The translations under genes and the position numbers were made by a program. From Macrostomum lignano (lineage: Eukaryota), in the NCBI GenBank assembly GCA_002269645.1, contig NIVC01001528.1, positions 31,713 through 95,712 of the forward strand: DNA of 64,000 nt, given 5' to 3'. Under the pieces are notes generated by a model, which saw nothing but the letters and a program-made list of their open reading frames with translations, was not told the DNA's origin and searched no databases. Positions 60,801 to 64,000 of this stretch are shown here, piece by piece (the first letter of the stretch is position 1; each line of letters starts with the position of its first letter).

Positions 60801-63800
60801 GAGGGTATATGGAGGGTAAGAATGGGTATAGAAGGGTATGGAGGGTATAGGGAGAGTATTGAGGGTATATGGAAGGCATAGAGGGTAGAATGGGAAGGAA
60901 TGGAAGGGTAGAATGGGAGGGAATGGAGGGGGTAGAATGTGAGGGAATGGAAGGGTAGAATGGGAGGGAATGGTGGGGGTAGAATGGGAGGGAATGGAGG
61001 GGTAGAATGGGAAGGAATGGAAGGGTAGAACGGGAGGGAAAGGTGGGGTAGAATGGGAGACACAGAAAAACTGCTTACTAGAACAAATATAATATTAAAG
61101 TACACCTTGCAACATTTTTGTTAGCATTAGCTAGATAGAGGCACCTGGAAAAGAGTTGGCAATATCCAACTATAACTTATTGAACTTAAGGTAGTTAAAT
61201 AGTTCCATATTTTCTAGCTCTATAGTTTCGCCTTTTTGAAAGGTGCTTGAAATGCTGAATTCAATTTTCCAATTTGAAATCCATTTCTAGATTTTGAATT
61301 GCCTTGGGTTTATAGCTTAAAACCCAAGGGTGAAAAGATTGAAGGGCAGGATGGCGGAAATTGGGGGATGGGCAGGATAGGAAGGAATTGGGGGGTGGGC
61401 AGGATAGGAGGGAATTGGGGGTGGGCAAGATAGGAGGGAATTGGGGGGTGGGCAGGATAGGAGGGAATTGGGGGGTGGGCAGGATAGGAGGGAATTGGGG
61501 GATAGGCAGGATAGGAGGGAATTGGGGAGGGCAAAGATGGGAGATAATTGAGAAGCATGATATAAAGGAATTAAGAGAGGGAAAAAGTAAAAATATAATG
61601 ATTGAGAGAACAGACATAGGTAGAGGATAGGCAGACTAGAGTAGATATGCCTAGGCTAAATGCAATATAAGTATATAACTAGCAATCTTCGCCCCGTTGG
61701 GGGACATCTGGATAGAATCTCTGTTCTCTACAAGTAACAAAAAGATAGCCAAAAAAGCCTTCACAAAGACGACAGACAAACTGCTCAAATAAAGTGTAAT
61801 GCAAAAAGAAATCATCCCAAGACAGCAAGCATCCCCCAAATAGCAAGCATCCCCAGATTGCAAGCATCCCCAGATAGCAAGCATCCCCAGATAGCAAGCA
61901 TCCCAAATAGTAAGCATCCACCATACAATAAGTACCCGGTAGCTAGTGCTACAATTTCCTTAGCTCTATAGTGGCTCCTTTAACATTGGCATGACGCTTA
62001 CTTTTACGTTTGAAATTGTGTAAATTTTATGTTTGACATGGTGGCTCCTAAATGTTTGACATGGTGGCTCTTTTATGTTCGACATGGTGGCTCTTTAATG
62101 TTCGACATGGTGGCTCTTTAATGTTAGACATGGTGGCTCTTTAATGTTCGACATGGTGGCTCTATAATGTTAGACATGGTGGCTCTTTAATGTTAGACAC
62201 GGTGGCTCTTTAATGTTCGACATGGTGGCTCTTTAATGTTCGACATGGTGGCTGTTTAATGTTAGACATGATGGCTCTTTAATGTTTGACATTGCGGCTC
62301 TTTAATATTTGACATGGTGGCTCTTTTATGTTGGACATGGTGGTTCTTTTATGTTCTACATGGTGGCTCTTTTATGCTTGACATGGTGGCTCTTTAATGT
62401 TTGACATGATGGCTCTTTTATGTTCGACATGGTGGCTCTTCTATGCTTGACATGGTGGCTCTTTACTGTTTGACATGGAGTCACATATATGTTTGACATG
62501 GTGGCTCTTTATGTTTGACAAGGTGGCTCTTTTAATGTTACGAGGTGGCTCTTTAATGTTCTTCATGGTAGCTCTTTTTTCGTGGTACTCTTTGTTAGAC
62601 ATGGTGGCTTTTTATTCGACATGGTAGACTTTAATGTTAGACATGGTGGCTCTTAAATGTTGACGTGGTGGCTCTTTATGTTCGACATGGTGGCTCTTTA
62701 ATGTTCGACATGGTGGCTTTTTAATGTTTGACATGGTGGCTCTTTAATGTTAGACATGGTGGCTCTTTAATATTCGACATGGTGGCTCTTTATGTTAGAC
62801 ATGGTGGCTCTTTAATATTCGACATGGTGGCTCTATAATGTTAGACATAGTGGCTCTTTTAATGTTCGACATGGTGGCTCTTAATGTTAGACATGGTGGC
62901 TCTTTAATATTCGACATGGTGGCTCTTATGTTTGACATGGTGGCTCTTTTAATGTTTGACATGGTGGCTCTTTTATGTTGACATGGTGGCTTCTTTTATG
63001 TTTGACATGGTGGCTCTTTAATGTTAGACATAGGTGGCTCTTTAATGTTCGACATGGTCTATATGTTAGACATGGTGGCTCTTTTATGTTCGACATGGTG
63101 GCTCTTTAATGTTAGACATGTGGCTCTTTAATGTTCGACATGGTGCTATAATGTTTGACATGGTGGCTCTTTTATGTTGACATGGTGGCTCTTTATGTTT
63201 GACATTGAGGCTCTTTAATGTTTGACATGGTGGCTCTTTTATGTTGGACATGGTGGTTCTTTTATGTTCGACATGGTGGCTCTTTTATGTTTGACATGGT
63301 GGCTCTTTAATGGATTCGACATGGTGGCTCTTTATGTTTGACATGGTGGCTTTTATGTTTTACATGGTGGCTCTTTAATGTTAGACATGGTGGCTCTTTA
63401 ATATTCGACATGGTGGCTCTTTAATGTTTGACATTGAGGCTCTTTAATGTTTGACATGGTGGCTCTTTTATGTTGGACATGGTGGTTCTTTTATGTTCGA
63501 CATGGTGGCTCTTTTATGTTTGACATGGTGGCTCTTTACTGTTTGACCTGGATTCACATATATGTTTGACATGGTGGCTCTTTTTGTTTGACATGGTGGC
63601 TTTTTTATGTTTTACATGGTGGCTCTTTAATGTTAGACATGGTGGCTCTTTAATGTTCGACATGGTGGCTCTTTAATGTTCGACATGGTGGCTCTTTAAT
63701 GGAGACATGGTGGCTCTTTAATGTTCGACATGGTGGCTCTTTAATGTTCGACATGGTGGCTCTTTAATGTTTGACATGGTGCTCTTTATGTTTGACTGGA

Positions 63801-64000
63801 TTCACATATAATGTTTGACATGGTGGCTCTTTAATGTTTGACATGGTGGCTTTTTATGTTTTACATGGTGGCTCTTTAATGTTAGACATGGTGGCTCTTT
63901 AATGTTGCGACATGGTGGCTCTTTAATGTTCGACATGGTGGCTCTTTAATGGTCGACATGTGGCTCTTTATGTTTGACATGGTGGCTCTTTAATGTTTGA
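57886..64000 (-). repeat. Right arm of giant inverted repeat (runs off the window)
   Basis: Mirror of 48515-54358. The inner GGCGGAGCTGATGGGGG array is about 320 bp longer (57935-58445 versus 54115-54310). Confidence 0.95.

Overview
Eukaryotic, invertebrate-type animal DNA: spliceosomal GT-AG introns, GC-rich exons and very many minisatellites. The style resembles a flatworm such as Macrostomum, but the species cannot be established from sequence alone. (1) 3.7-28.7 kb: a cluster of six two-exon paralogs encoding small secreted signal peptide + WSC + PAN/apple proteins, four on + and two on -. One copy is truncated. The copies are interleaved with decayed transposons (DIRS-like, piggyBac-like, Crypton-like, Tc1-like, RTE-like, LTR-like). 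The cluster looks mosaic: divergent WSC exons are joined to a near-identical PAN segment in four copies, and three promoters carry RFX-type X-boxes. (2) 32.5-44.6 kb (-): a complete 10-exon pyruvate carboxylase gene (1194 aa by my exon count), with introns filled by different tandem repeats and MITEs. (3) 48.5-64 kb: a giant inverted repeat (arms at least 5.8 kb, built largely of satellites) around a 3.5 kb spacer that holds a Tc1 relic and a second foldback element. Exon models were read by eye, no searches were run, and repeat boundaries are approximate.
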